From the NCBI GenBank assembly GCA_963744145.1, contig CAVUSO010000001.1, positions 896,001 to 960,000 of the forward strand: a DNA stretch of 64,000 bases. Direction: 5' to 3'. The number at the start of each line of letters is the position of its first letter. Position 1 is the first letter of the stretch. Below, in pieces: positions 29,762-40,400 of this stretch. Under the pieces are notes generated by a model. It did no database searches and was not told the DNA's origin. It was given only the letters and a program-made list of their open reading frames with translations. A program made the translations under genes and the position numbers. Source of the DNA: an uncultured cyanobacterium. GTDB lineage: Bacteria; Cyanobacteriota; Cyanobacteriia; Cyanobacteriales; CAWUOF01.

Positions 29762-30564
29762 ATGATTTATTCAGATATACGTTTTTATACTTGGCTCGAT
29801 ACTGAAGAAGTTCTACTTCGCATTCAAGAAACAAATAGTTTACCAAATTGGTTAGTTTGGGCAGAAGCTTACTGGGATAGTTTAACAATTGGTATTCGTT
29901 CTGGTTATCAATTAGCAGCCAAAAAATGGTTGCAAGAAGTTTATGATCCTCGATTTAAAATTGACTCAGAAGATGAAGATGTAGATGGTCTAATTATTTT
30001 AGAAAGTCTTTCTAATAAACCAAAATTTCTTCCAGTAATTTTAGAAGAGACTATTCATTAAAAATTAAGCCTGAGCATCTCACGCAAGGTGATACTTTAA
30101 AAGATGCGGTTTCAGCTAAATTTGTACTTGCAGCACTTTCAGATTTTCAAGGACAAATTCAATCCCGCGATTTAGTCCGTTTTCTTAATTTCGCCGCCAA
30201 CGCATCTCTAAATGATACTCGTTGGCAAGATCGAATTCTTATTCCTAAAGGAATTAAAGATGCTATCCCTGAATGTAGTAAAGACAAAATTCAAGAAATT
30301 GAGCAAGAAAATACTATATTGAAAGAAGTGTTTACTAAATTGCGCGAACTTGCAAGTCAACAGCGGGAAATACCTTTTACCAGGGAACAAATAGGATTAT
30401 CCGTAGAAGAAATAAAGATATTGGAAGTAAACGGTGTGATTATTCGGGACAATGATCTATACTATATGCCAGAAATCTTTCGTTTTGGTTTAGGCTTTTC
30501 GCTGACAAGAGTAGGTCGTCCAGCAGTTTTGTCTTTGGCTCGTCGTGCAGCTAAACAAAGATAA
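29762..30564 (+). pseudogene. Probable internally deleted remnant of a large ParA/MinD-type (KGGVGR variant) ATPase gene
   Basis: The N-terminal piece (YTWLD...AYWDSL...LPVILEET) abuts a start-less frame (LAALSDFQGQIQSRDLVRFL...YYMPEIFRFGLGF); no Walker motif remains; family assignment is from memory of similar proteins. Confidence 0.5.
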
Positions 30565-30759
30565 TAAATCAAAAAGCGTCTCGGCTTTTTTTTCAGCTTT
30601 GTGTAGTCCGTCAAACTGACGGTACAAAAATCGTCCACATCACAAAATATTTGGGTGATAGTTGGACGTGATCCAGCGGATGACCCGTTGATGAAGTACA
30701 GTAAGATTTGGCGTGAATAGCGATCGGTTAAAGTCGATTGTAATTGATCTGTGTTGGTT

Positions 30760-30930
30760 GGGCGGGTTTATGATGTTGATCTATTTGTGTCATAATTAAT
30801 TGGTGAACCCGCCCCTACAAATTCTGGTTTATTGTGAGCATAAATTCATCGGCAATACATTTTTATGATCTAGTAGGGGCGGGTTCACCGATGAATTTGC
30901 CACACACAAGTAACTTTGATGAACCCGCCC
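30760..30930. repeat. REP/REPIN-like cluster
   Basis: Perfect 17-bp inverted repeat GGTGAACCCGCCCCTAC (30802-30818) / GTAGGGGCGGGTTCACC (30873-30889), plus outer half-sites. Confidence 0.8.
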
Positions 30931-30981
30931 TGCCCCACAAATAACCTTAATGAACCTTGTGTCGAGTTTACCCTGAGTTTA

Positions 30982-31036
30982 CCCTGAGCGAAGTCGAAGC
31001 TTGCCCTGAGCGAAGTCGAAGGGGGCGTAGTCGAGA
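30982..31036. repeat. Short repeats of the CCCTGAGCGAAGTCGAAG family
   Basis: Two direct copies plus a degenerate GCGTAGTCGAG. Confidence 0.65.
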
Positions 31037-31205
31037 CATACCCCCCATTTTATCTCACAGACAACACTGCTATATTTCATAAATCGGTCATACGCTATAT
31101 AATGTCAAGCATGGCTGAGACCAAATTCTTCAAATCTAGTCCCAGCCTTTTTTTCAGCTTTGTCTAGTCCATCAAACTGACGTTGAAAAAAATAAGAGCA
31201 AAAAA

Positions 31206-31583
31206 ATGAAGAAGATAATTAAAATAACAAAGTTATATCTTTCAATATTTTTTTTAGGTTTATCCATAAACTTTTTGTCATATATATCAAATGTCCAAGC
31301 TGAAACAAATAATAATGGACAAACCTTAATCGGTAATGGATCATCAGGTAGACATTCTTATGAGATTTGGGTAAATGAAGATGATACTGAATATGAGCTT
31401 ATAGTTGGACGAACAAATGATGATGATCCTGATGATCATAGAAGATCTGTTGGTATTTTTAGGTCAATGGGTGACGCATTAGATTATTTTGATTGTAGAT
31501 ATGGTAAAAAAGATGATGTTTGCAAAAATAACGAGAATCGTCACTTACAGCCCTTGGATGGTGGTGATTCTGATCACTATTAG
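31206..31583 (+). CDS. Small secreted acidic hypothetical protein
   Basis: Basic N-terminus, hydrophobic stretch, VQA cleavage site; very AT-rich. Confidence 0.7.
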   Translation: MKKIIKITKLYLSIFFLGLSINFLSYISNVQAETNNNGQTLIGNGSSGRHSYEIWVNEDDTEYELIVGRTNDDDPDDHRRSVGIFRSMGDALDYFDCRYGKKDDVCKNNENRHLQPLDGGDSDHY

Positions 31584-31585
31584 CT

Positions 31586-33631
31586 TCATCGGACAGAGGT
31601 TAATTTAGGTTGATTACGTGGATGACTATACTCTTGAGAAAGTACCCATTCACGAATAAATCGAGCTAGGGTTTTTTGTGCTAAACCACCAGCAACTTTT
31701 TGTCCCATGCGTTGAACTTCTGGTTTTCCTAATAATTGAGGGATTAACGATAGAATCTCCATCGGTTCAAAACCAGGAGTTTCTTGCAAAATTCCCCAAA
31801 TTCTTTGTAAGTGTTCTAAGTTTTGCCGATCGCTAACAATGATTGGGGGTTCATTTATTTTGACTCCCAACCATTCATTAACTGTTGTCCTGGCATTTTT
31901 TAAAGCATTTTGCCAAGCATTTTGCGACCAGATATCTAAATTTTTCACAATTTCATCTACTAAATAATCGCGAATAAAATCACCGCGTTCCGAGAATAAA
32001 TACTCTATCCCTTGATCTAATACCTTGCTAATATCATAATTATCACTAACACGAGCATTTCTCAGTAAATTTTCTAACCGATTCCAGCGAAAACTGCCAT
32101 CTTTAAACAATAAATCTCGTAAAGACGATCGCAATTCTGGAGCTGGATCGGTTAATAATCGTTTCGCGACGTAAGGATAAGCTTTACTCAGCACTTTGAA
32201 ATTGGGATCGACTTTAATCGCAATTCCTTCTAATGTTACCAGTGAACGAATAATTAAAGCGTAATAAGCGGGCACCCGGAAGGGATACTCATACATTAAA
32301 ACTGAGAACTGATCAGTAATGCTTTTAAAATTAAGTTCAGCTACACTAGCACCTAAAGCATTACCAAAAACCCGGGTCAAAGCCGGAATTATGGGTGTTA
32401 AATCAGTATCTGGTGTTAAAAACTCTAACTTGATATAATCTTGAGCTAATGCTTCAAAATCTCGGTTAACTAAATGAACAACTGCTTCAATTAAACCATA
32501 GCGTTGATAGGGTTTGACCTCGCTCATCATCCCAAAGTCTAGGTATGCTAATTGACCATCACGAGTAGCTAATAGGTTACCTGGATGAGGATCAGCATGA
32601 AAAAATCCATGTTCTAGGAGTTGACGGAGGGAACACTGTACACCGACTTCAATTAAATAAGTAGGATCGATACCTTGAGCTTGAAGTTCGGCAATTTTAG
32701 TTAATTTAGTACCCTCAATCCATTCCATGGTTAACACCCGTTTTCGGGTATATTCCCAATAAATTTTGGGCACGTAAATATCTTTTATATTACCATATAA
32801 ATCCGCAAATCTTTCGGCATTCCGCCCTTCTTGATTGTAGTCCATTTCTTCAAAAATGCGACTACCAAATTCATCCATAATTCCCACTAAATCACTGCGA
32901 ATTCGTTTAATATTAGTTTTTGCCCAAAACGCTAATCGACGTAGTAGGTAAATATCCAGAGCAATACTTTCCGCTAATCCTGGACGTTGCACTTTGACCG
33001 CAACAATTTCACCTGTTGGTAGTTTCCCCTGATAAACTTGTCCTAGAGATGCTGCTGCAACTGGATCGGTGGAAAGTTCAGCATAGATATTTTCTGGTCG
33101 ATCACCTAATTCTTCTTCAATAAATTTATATGCTAATTCGTTGGGAAATGGTGGTAGTTGATCTTGTAATTTGGCTAATTCTTCTAAATATAATGGTGGT
33201 ACTAGGTCAGGTCGAGTTGATAAAGCTTGACCGACTTTAATAAAAGCTGGACCTAATTTAGTTAATATTTCGCGGAGTTTTACGGCTCGAATTGGTTGAT
33301 TTTCCTCTAATTTACCAGTTCGGCGATCGCATAATAGACTAAAATAAAAGCTCACTAATGGCCAAATAACCCCAACTAATCGCATCCATACCTGAATTGG
33401 TCGCTGGTTATAATAAGCAGCGATCGCTTCTGGATCATAACGTAACGGTTCAGTTGCTGATGGTTCGGCTGATTTTAACCTAGGTGGTATTTCTGAGTAG
33501 GGATCGAGAGCAACTAAATGGGGGGTTTTTACGCTGATGCTGGGATCTAGTTGTTCAGTCTGGGTAAACTTTTCAGCTCTTACCCCCGATTCTAAATATT
33601 TTGACCCTGCTGATCCTGTCTTAACTTTCAT
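31586..33631 (-). CDS. ABC1/AarF/UbiB family atypical kinase
   Basis: IKVGQALSTRPD, AAASLGQVY, VAVKVQRP, HADPHPGN, DFGM. Confidence 0.93.
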   Translation of the reverse strand: MKVKTGSAGSKYLESGVRAEKFTQTEQLDPSISVKTPHLVALDPYSEIPPRLKSAEPSATEPLRYDPEAIAAYYNQRPIQVWMRLVGVIWPLVSFYFSLLCDRRTGKLEENQPIRAVKLREILTKLGPAFIKVGQALSTRPDLVPPLYLEELAKLQDQLPPFPNELAYKFIEEELGDRPENIYAELSTDPVAAASLGQVYQGKLPTGEIVAVKVQRPGLAESIALDIYLLRRLAFWAKTNIKRIRSDLVGIMDEFGSRIFEEMDYNQEGRNAERFADLYGNIKDIYVPKIYWEYTRKRVLTMEWIEGTKLTKIAELQAQGIDPTYLIEVGVQCSLRQLLEHGFFHADPHPGNLLATRDGQLAYLDFGMMSEVKPYQRYGLIEAVVHLVNRDFEALAQDYIKLEFLTPDTDLTPIIPALTRVFGNALGASVAELNFKSITDQFSVLMYEYPFRVPAYYALIIRSLVTLEGIAIKVDPNFKVLSKAYPYVAKRLLTDPAPELRSSLRDLLFKDGSFRWNRLENLLRNARVSDNYDISKVLDQGIEYLFSERGDFIRDYLVDEIVKNLDIWSQNAWQNALKNARTTVNEWLGVKINEPPIIVSDRQNLEHLQRIWGILQETPGFEPMEILSLIPQLLGKPEVQRMGQKVAGGLAQKTLARFIREWVLSQEYSHPRNQPKLTSVR

Positions 33632-33714
33632 CGTGTGGGCACGCCATAATGAGAGGTTACTTAAAATATTGTAACAATTATTTGGTGCGATCGGTCAAAA
33701 TTAATCTCAACCTC

Positions 33715-34461
33715 TCAATTCCATTGCCAACAGCTCAATTGCCAGTTTTTTCCAGCGATCGCGATGGCGGCTGTATAATCTGGATGGGGATTTAAGCTTG
33801 CTAGAGTCCACTCCCTAGCTGCGATCGGATTGTGAGCGGTGCTTAACAGGATAGCTGGTTCGTTGGGATTGACAGATACTTCAAATTGATTTAAAGGTAG
33901 AGTCAGACCTTTACCTGTGGCTTTAATATAGGCTTCTTTACGAGTCCAGCAATTAAAAAAGGCAACTGGTTGTTGGTGATGGGGTAATTTTTGAATAGCT
34001 AAATACTCTGATGCAGAAAAAAAACGCTTGGCTAACTGTTCTAAATCAGATATAGGACGCATATATTCAATATCAATACCAATTTCCCGGTTTTGAGCGA
34101 TCGCATATAAGGCTAAATAATTGGCATGAGATACATTAAAATATAATTTTGGGATAGTGGGATGAGCTAACATGGGTTTTCCATAAGGACCATAGGCAAA
34201 TTGCACATCTTCCGGTTTTATTCCCAAATATTGTCCTAAAATGATTCTTAAGGTTCCCCTAGCCGTAATAAAACGCCATTGATCCCGCTGAAAATAAAAT
34301 CGGTTTGCTCTTTTTTGTTCATCCTCAGCTAGGAGGGTACGAAGTTGTTGAATTTGGTCGAAATCTTGGTCGAGAGAAGCACACCAAACATGGACATCAG
34401 GACTGACTAAATCGAATTTTTCTGGTTTTTGTTGCCACAAACAATTAAATTTAGTCATCAT
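33715..34461 (-). CDS. Sfp-type 4'-phosphopantetheinyl transferase (HetI-like)
   Basis: YGKP, FNVSH, IGIDIE, WTRKEAYIKATGKG. Confidence 0.93.
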   Translation of the reverse strand: MMTKFNCLWQQKPEKFDLVSPDVHVWCASLDQDFDQIQQLRTLLAEDEQKRANRFYFQRDQWRFITARGTLRIILGQYLGIKPEDVQFAYGPYGKPMLAHPTIPKLYFNVSHANYLALYAIAQNREIGIDIEYMRPISDLEQLAKRFFSASEYLAIQKLPHHQQPVAFFNCWTRKEAYIKATGKGLTLPLNQFEVSVNPNEPAILLSTAHNPIAAREWTLASLNPHPDYTAAIAIAGKNWQLSCWQWN

Positions 34462-34569
34462 TGATTAATTTTAGATATAGATTGAAGTTTTAACCGTGAT
34501 CGGCCAGATATAACATAGTATAATGTGTAGGGACGTATGACAATACGCCCCAGAGACATCCAGATGAGG

Positions 34570-34818
34570 TTAATCAGATTTGAGTCTTTGAGCAATCCAG
34601 CTCGAGATCCCACTGAAAATTGCACCTACCATTAACAAACCAATAGCTGGGGTGAAAACTGGCTCCCACAGACGATACCATAGATCCAGACCCAGACTGA
34701 CATGAATCGAACGACCAAAAACTGCGATCGCTAACCAGATAAAGCTAATCAACACCAGGAATACATCCGCGACTAAAAACAGATTTAACCATTGCAGGAG
34801 TTTATCTTTCATTACCAA
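34570..34818 (-). CDS. Small conserved membrane protein
   Basis: Two hydrophobic helices; LGLDLWYRLWEPVF. Confidence 0.7.
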   Translation of the reverse strand: MVMKDKLLQWLNLFLVADVFLVLISFIWLAIAVFGRSIHVSLGLDLWYRLWEPVFTPAIGLLMVGAIFSGISSWIAQRLKSD

Positions 34819-35009
34819 AAATTAATTTTATTACCAATCTATTCAAATTTTATTTTACACTCTGATCATAAACATCAAGGTCATTACTCAAACTAACCGT
34901 GGTCATGGACAACCCTAACTGACCCATTATCCCTAATCAATATCGCTCAAATTTTTGAGAATTAGTTATTATTAGGGTGATTTAACTTCATAACCTGAAC
35001 GATCTACCA

Positions 35010-35609
35010 ATGTCAAAACTCAAATCAATTTATCAACTTGTCGCTACTACCTCGTTATTATTAGGGATCGGAATTTTGGGTAGAGAAGTTGCACAAGCAG
35101 AATCCTCGGTCTTTCTCACTGATAACACCTGTGTGAACACGAGTGGGGGTAATTGGGGGGTGGATAACTCCCCAGTTGTTGTCAATAAAGCAGTATATAC
35201 CAGTTTTTTATTTATGGGGGCTGGTAATACTGTGTCCTCAATGACCTGTTACATTAAACCAGAAAAGCCTCAGAAACATCCCAAGATATTTAAAAGCTTT
35301 TATTTGGAATTTGGGATGCGTGACAATGATCGAGGTAGTCCTTCAAATATTGTCAAAGTTTATTTAGATGGGATACTATCTGCGACACAAAGAGTTTCCC
35401 CCGGTCAAGCATTTTATTTCCCATTTGACGTTTCTAATGTTAGCAATATTTCGATCGAAACTATCTGTGATGGTCAATTACAATATTGCGATCGCGTTTA
35501 CTTTTTTAATGCTTCCTTAGACGAGCGACCATTACCAATTAGCGCACCAACCCTACCATCCTTAACTCCGAATCAAATTCAAACACCACCTCCTCCTCCA
35601 AACCAATAA
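35010..35609 (+). CDS. Secreted hypothetical protein, possible NPCBM-like carbohydrate-binding fold, Pro-rich tail
   Basis: Signal peptide ending AQA; FGMRD...KVYLDG pattern. Confidence 0.6.
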   Translation: MSKLKSIYQLVATTSLLLGIGILGREVAQAESSVFLTDNTCVNTSGGNWGVDNSPVVVNKAVYTSFLFMGAGNTVSSMTCYIKPEKPQKHPKIFKSFYLEFGMRDNDRGSPSNIVKVYLDGILSATQRVSPGQAFYFPFDVSNVSNISIETICDGQLQYCDRVYFFNASLDERPLPISAPTLPSLTPNQIQTPPPPPNQ

Positions 35610-35669
35610 ATGAGATCCGGGCTAATAGTTGTTTAATTAACTATTAGCCAGAAATTAGTAGCCGAAATT

Positions 35670-36065
35670 ATGAAACCACAAATCACCAATATGATCGCAT
35701 GGCAACAGGCTGAAATTCTCATGCAGCCTGCCCTAATTCGTCTGATTGATAATATTCGTAAACAGCTAGAAACCTCAGCATGGAAAGGTAGTTATGAAGA
35801 AGTGCAAACTCCTTATCCCGGCTATCATTTGTGTTTACAATATCAAGATCAGCAAGTGCGAGTTAATTTGTGGGAAATCTGTTATCAAATATGTTTTCGC
35901 AACTATATTCCAGCTATAGAAGAGGAAGGGATACAAGAAGTAGAAATAGATCCCAGTTTGATTAATGAAATGGCAGAAGTAGATTGGCAATCCTTAGAAG
36001 ATAAGACTAAACAAATTGTAGAACATCTATTTGCTAGTTTACCTGGCACCGACAAATATCTTTAA
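35670..36065 (+). CDS. Conserved cyanobacterial hypothetical protein
   Basis: LMQPALIRLIDNIRKQLE, LWEICYQICF. Confidence 0.7.
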   Translation: MKPQITNMIAWQQAEILMQPALIRLIDNIRKQLETSAWKGSYEEVQTPYPGYHLCLQYQDQQVRVNLWEICYQICFRNYIPAIEEEGIQEVEIDPSLINEMAEVDWQSLEDKTKQIVEHLFASLPGTDKYL

Positions 36066-36081
36066 AAAAGTAGGTAACAAA

Positions 36082-37128
36082 ATGAATCAAGAATTACATC
36101 AGATCCAAACTATTGCAGGCGCAATTTTCGCGGAAAATAACTTAGTACCAGTTAGTTTTTGTCAGGATGAAATGGCAATTGAAGCCACCAAAATTGGAGT
36201 TGCACTATGCGATCGCAGTCATTGGGGTCGGATTCAAGTTAGCGATCGCGATCGCATCCGTTTTTTGCATAACCAGAGTACCAATGATTTTAATATTCTG
36301 CAACCAGGACAGGGATGTGATACAGTTTTTGTTACCTCTACTGCACGAGTAATTGATTTAGCAACAGCTTATATTACAGAGAATGATGTAATCCTGTTAG
36401 TTTCTCCAAATCGACGGGAAAAACTAATGCAATGGTTGGATCGTTATATCTTTTTTGCTGATCAAGTAAAATTAGTAGACCTCACTGAAAAAACTATTAC
36501 ATTTAGTTTAATCGGACCGAAAAGTAATGCTATTTTAGAGCAGTTAGGTGCGATCGCAATCACCACCCAACCCCAGAGTAATCACCAAATATTTTTATTA
36601 GATCATCAACCAGTTAGAGTTGCAGTTGGGAGTGGATTAGTTACCCCAGGATATACCTTAATTGCAGATGCTAATCATGCTGTGTCCTTATGGAAAACCT
36701 TAACTGAAGCAGGAGCAATTCCTTTAGGTGATCGGGTTTGGGAACAACTCCGAATTGCTCAAGGAAGACCAGTACCTGATCAGGAACTAACGGAAGATTA
36801 TAACCCCCTGGAAGCAGGTTTATGGCAAACAATTTCCTTTAATAAAGGTTGTTATATCGGACAGGAAACTATTGCTCGATTAAATACCTATAAAGGTGTA
36901 AAAACCCAACTCTGGGGAATTCACCTCGAAGCACCAGTCACACCAGGAACTGTAGTGACAATCGATGAAGAAAAGGTAGGAAAATTAACCAGTTGTACTG
37001 AAACTGCACAAGGTTATTATGGATTAGGATATATTCGCACTAAAGTAGGTGGTGCTGGTTTAAAAGTAAAAGTGGGAGAGATCATGGGAGAAGTAGTTGA
37101 TGTTCCCTTTCTAACTCATGTCCCTTAA
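36082..37128 (+). CDS. ygfZ: Folate-binding Fe-S maturation protein YgfZ (GcvT family)
   Basis: KGCYIGQE signature; start taken at MNQEL. Confidence 0.9.
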   Translation: MNQELHQIQTIAGAIFAENNLVPVSFCQDEMAIEATKIGVALCDRSHWGRIQVSDRDRIRFLHNQSTNDFNILQPGQGCDTVFVTSTARVIDLATAYITENDVILLVSPNRREKLMQWLDRYIFFADQVKLVDLTEKTITFSLIGPKSNAILEQLGAIAITTQPQSNHQIFLLDHQPVRVAVGSGLVTPGYTLIADANHAVSLWKTLTEAGAIPLGDRVWEQLRIAQGRPVPDQELTEDYNPLEAGLWQTISFNKGCYIGQETIARLNTYKGVKTQLWGIHLEAPVTPGTVVTIDEEKVGKLTSCTETAQGYYGLGYIRTKVGGAGLKVKVGEIMGEVVDVPFLTHVP

Positions 37129-37146
37129 TCCTCGGTTGAAATTAAT

Positions 37147-37425
37147 CTAGTGAGGATGAAATTTAGGATATAACATCATTAAAACCGGTTTACCCCCTAA
37201 TAAATGTTGTTCGACGATTGCAGCTACTTCATCCACCTGAACATGATCATACCAAACTTCATCGGGAATGATTAACACCATTGGTCCATTACCACATTGT
37301 CCCAGACAAGCGATCGCTTCAATCGAGAATTCGACTAGAGAGCGATCGCAAAAAGCTTTGAAAACCGCAATTGCACCTTGTTTACGACAACTGCGACTTT
37401 GACAAACTAATACTCGTTTAACCAT
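37147..37425 (-). CDS. Thioredoxin-like (2Fe-2S) ferredoxin
   Basis: VCQSRSC...CLGQCGNGP...HLLGGKPV; ATG overlaps the NRPS stop by 8 nt. Confidence 0.85.
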   Translation of the reverse strand: MVKRVLVCQSRSCRKQGAIAVFKAFCDRSLVEFSIEAIACLGQCGNGPMVLIIPDEVWYDHVQVDEVAAIVEQHLLGGKPVLMMLYPKFHPH

Positions 37426-40400
37426 TGGTTTGAGTAAATTCTGCAACAGCTTTGTCAATACAAGACTTTAATTTAGCTGCTAATATTTTAATATGTGGTT
37501 CGGCAAAAAGATCCAGATGTGTACCTGGAATATCTTGGATATCAATTCCACCAGTAGCTAAACCATCCCAACCTAAATTCGGTAGATCATGAGCCCAAGA
37601 TTGCTTTTCTTTCACCCGAAATAGGGTAATCTGACCAGGATACACCTGTGGTTTATATTTCCTCTGTCCTGCAAGAGCTGCTTGTTGAACTCGACGAATA
37701 TGTTCGGGCATATACCAAGGTGCTAATTCTGCTTTCCCATAGTAATATTTTTCCATCAACTTTTGATATTTTGGTTTGAGGAATGTACTGATGCGCTCAT
37801 AGATATACATCAGCTTTTCCTGGGGTGGCAAATTGACCAGATTATAGCCAAAAATTTGCAACTTACTCAATAGTTTCGGTCTTCCCATTTGGATTGAGAT
37901 CGGACTATAGGTATCTAACAACCCTACCAGAATGACTTGATGACCTTGGGAAATTAGTTGTTGGGCAATTTCAAAAGCAATAGTTCCACCCGAACTATGT
38001 CCGATCAATAGAAAAGGACCTTCAGACTGGACAGTAAACATTTCTTTAATATAGTCTGTTGCCATTTCTTCAAACGAGTTTTGGGGATAGCTATGACCAT
38101 CTAATCCCTTAGCTTGTAGTCCGTAAACTGGTTGTTCCTCACCGAGATAAGGTACTAAGTTCTTATAATCAAGAATATTTCCACCCATCGGATGAATACA
38201 AAATAGAGGTATTTTCGCTCCTTTGGTCTGAATCGGGACTAAACTTTGCCAGGAAGCTGACCATTCTTCAGTGCTAATAATATTTGCAAGTTGTTCGATT
38301 GTTCCTGCTTGTAATAAAGTTGCGAGGGGTAAATTTTTGCCAAAAACTTTTTCAATTTGAGTAAATAACCGTAACGCTAGGAGAGAGTGTCCTCCCAATT
38401 CAAAAAAGTTATCTTTGATGCTGATTGGATGAATATTTAAAATCTGTTCCCAAATTTTCGCTAATTGACATTCTAATTCAGTGCTGGGAGCAACAAAAAT
38501 ACTTTCTTCTTGACGTTCTCCCGATGGTGCTGGTAAAGCACGACGATCTACTTTCCGATTTGGGGTGAGCGGTAAAGATTCCAAAAATACAAAGATCGAA
38601 GGCACCATATAATCAGGTAACTTCTCTTTTAAAACTTGCTTCATGTCATTTACGACTGGAGTCTGTTCTGGATCAGGAACAATATATGCTACCAGTCGTT
38701 TATCTCCAGGAATATCTTCCCGGACAGTAACTGCATTTTGCCATACCCCTGGATATTTAGCTAATACAGATTCTATTTCCCCCAGTTCAATCCGAAAACC
38801 CCGAATTTTTACTTGAAAGTCGATTCTTCCTAAGCACTCAATCTCACCATTAGGTAAATATTTAGCTAAGTCACCGGTTTTATAAATCCGATCTCCTAAT
38901 TTAGTGCTAAAAGGATTAGGAATGAATTTTTCAGCATTTAACTCTGGTCGATGTAAATAACCTCTAGCTACACTAGCACCACCAATATGTAGTTCTCCGG
39001 AAATTCCGATCGGTACGGGTTGACCACTCGGATCTAAGATATAAATCTCTGTATTCGCGATCGGACGACCAATAGGAATAGTGCGGTTGACTTGTTTAAC
39101 TTGATAAATAGTAGACCAAACTGTGGTTTCAGTCGGACCGTACATATTCCAAACCGAACCTACTCGTTCGATGAGTTTTTGGGCTAAATCTGGTGACATT
39201 GGTTCACCACCACAGAGAATTTTTAGTTGCTGGTTTCCTTTCCACTCTGCTTCTAATAATAATCTCCAAGTAGCTGGTGTTGCTTGCAATACTGTCGCTC
39301 CCGATTTGACCATTAATTCTTGTAATCTTATTCCATCAGTAGCTACTTTCCGACTCGCTCTTTCAATTCGACCACCGACAATTAGGGGTAGGTAATGTTC
39401 TAATACAGATATATCGAAGGATAGGGTGGTGACGGAAAGTAATATATCGGAGGAGGTAAACCCAGGTTCTTCTTTCATAGAGATGAGGAAATTTACCACA
39501 GCTCGATGGGGAATTTGGACTCCTTTAGGTTTACCCGTAGAACCAGAAGTATAAAGCACATAAGCTAAGTGATCTGATGTGGTTTGATTAGCTAAATTTT
39601 CGGTGCTAGAAGTGCTGATATTTTGCCATTCTTGATCTAAACAAACAATTTTGGCTGTGGCTTTTGGTAAGATATTTAGTAAGTTTTTTTGGGTTAAAAT
39701 TACTGACAATTGAGCATCTTCGGCAATTAAAGCTAACCGATCGGTAGGAAATGCTGGATCTAATGGTACATAAGCTCCTCCAGCTTTTAAAATTCCCAAC
39801 ATTCCCAGAATTTCATCAGGAGAACGCTCCACTGATATTCCCACTAATACATCTGGACCAACTCCCAGCGTCCGCAGATAATGAGCTAATTGATTAGCTT
39901 TTTGGTTGAGTTCTCGATAGCTCAGTTGTTGATTTTCAAAGCTATAAGCGATCGCGTCAGGACTTTTTTCTACTTGAGCTTCAATTAACTGATACAAACA
40001 TAAATCTGTGGGATAATCTGTTTGGGTATTATTCCACAGGGTCAACAATTGATGTCGTTCTGGTTCGGTCAATATGGGTAAGTCTTTAAGTTGACTCGTC
40101 ACCACTACCATACTTTCTAGTAAGGTTTTTAAATGTCCACCCATCCGCGCGATCGCTTCGGGATTGAACCGATTTTGATCATATTCTAATTTCAGTCCTA
40201 GGGAAAAAACTTGGGGTGCTATTTCATCTTGTTCAGCATATAAACAGAGGGGATAGTTGTTCATTTCTAACAGCTTAAACTCCCGCTTTTCCCAATTTCC
40301 TCCTAGCGATCGCAAGCGCGAATTCAAAGAATAGTTTTCAAATATCACTAGACTCTCAAACAATGGTGTTCCAAATGGGATATTGCTCCATTCTTGGATC

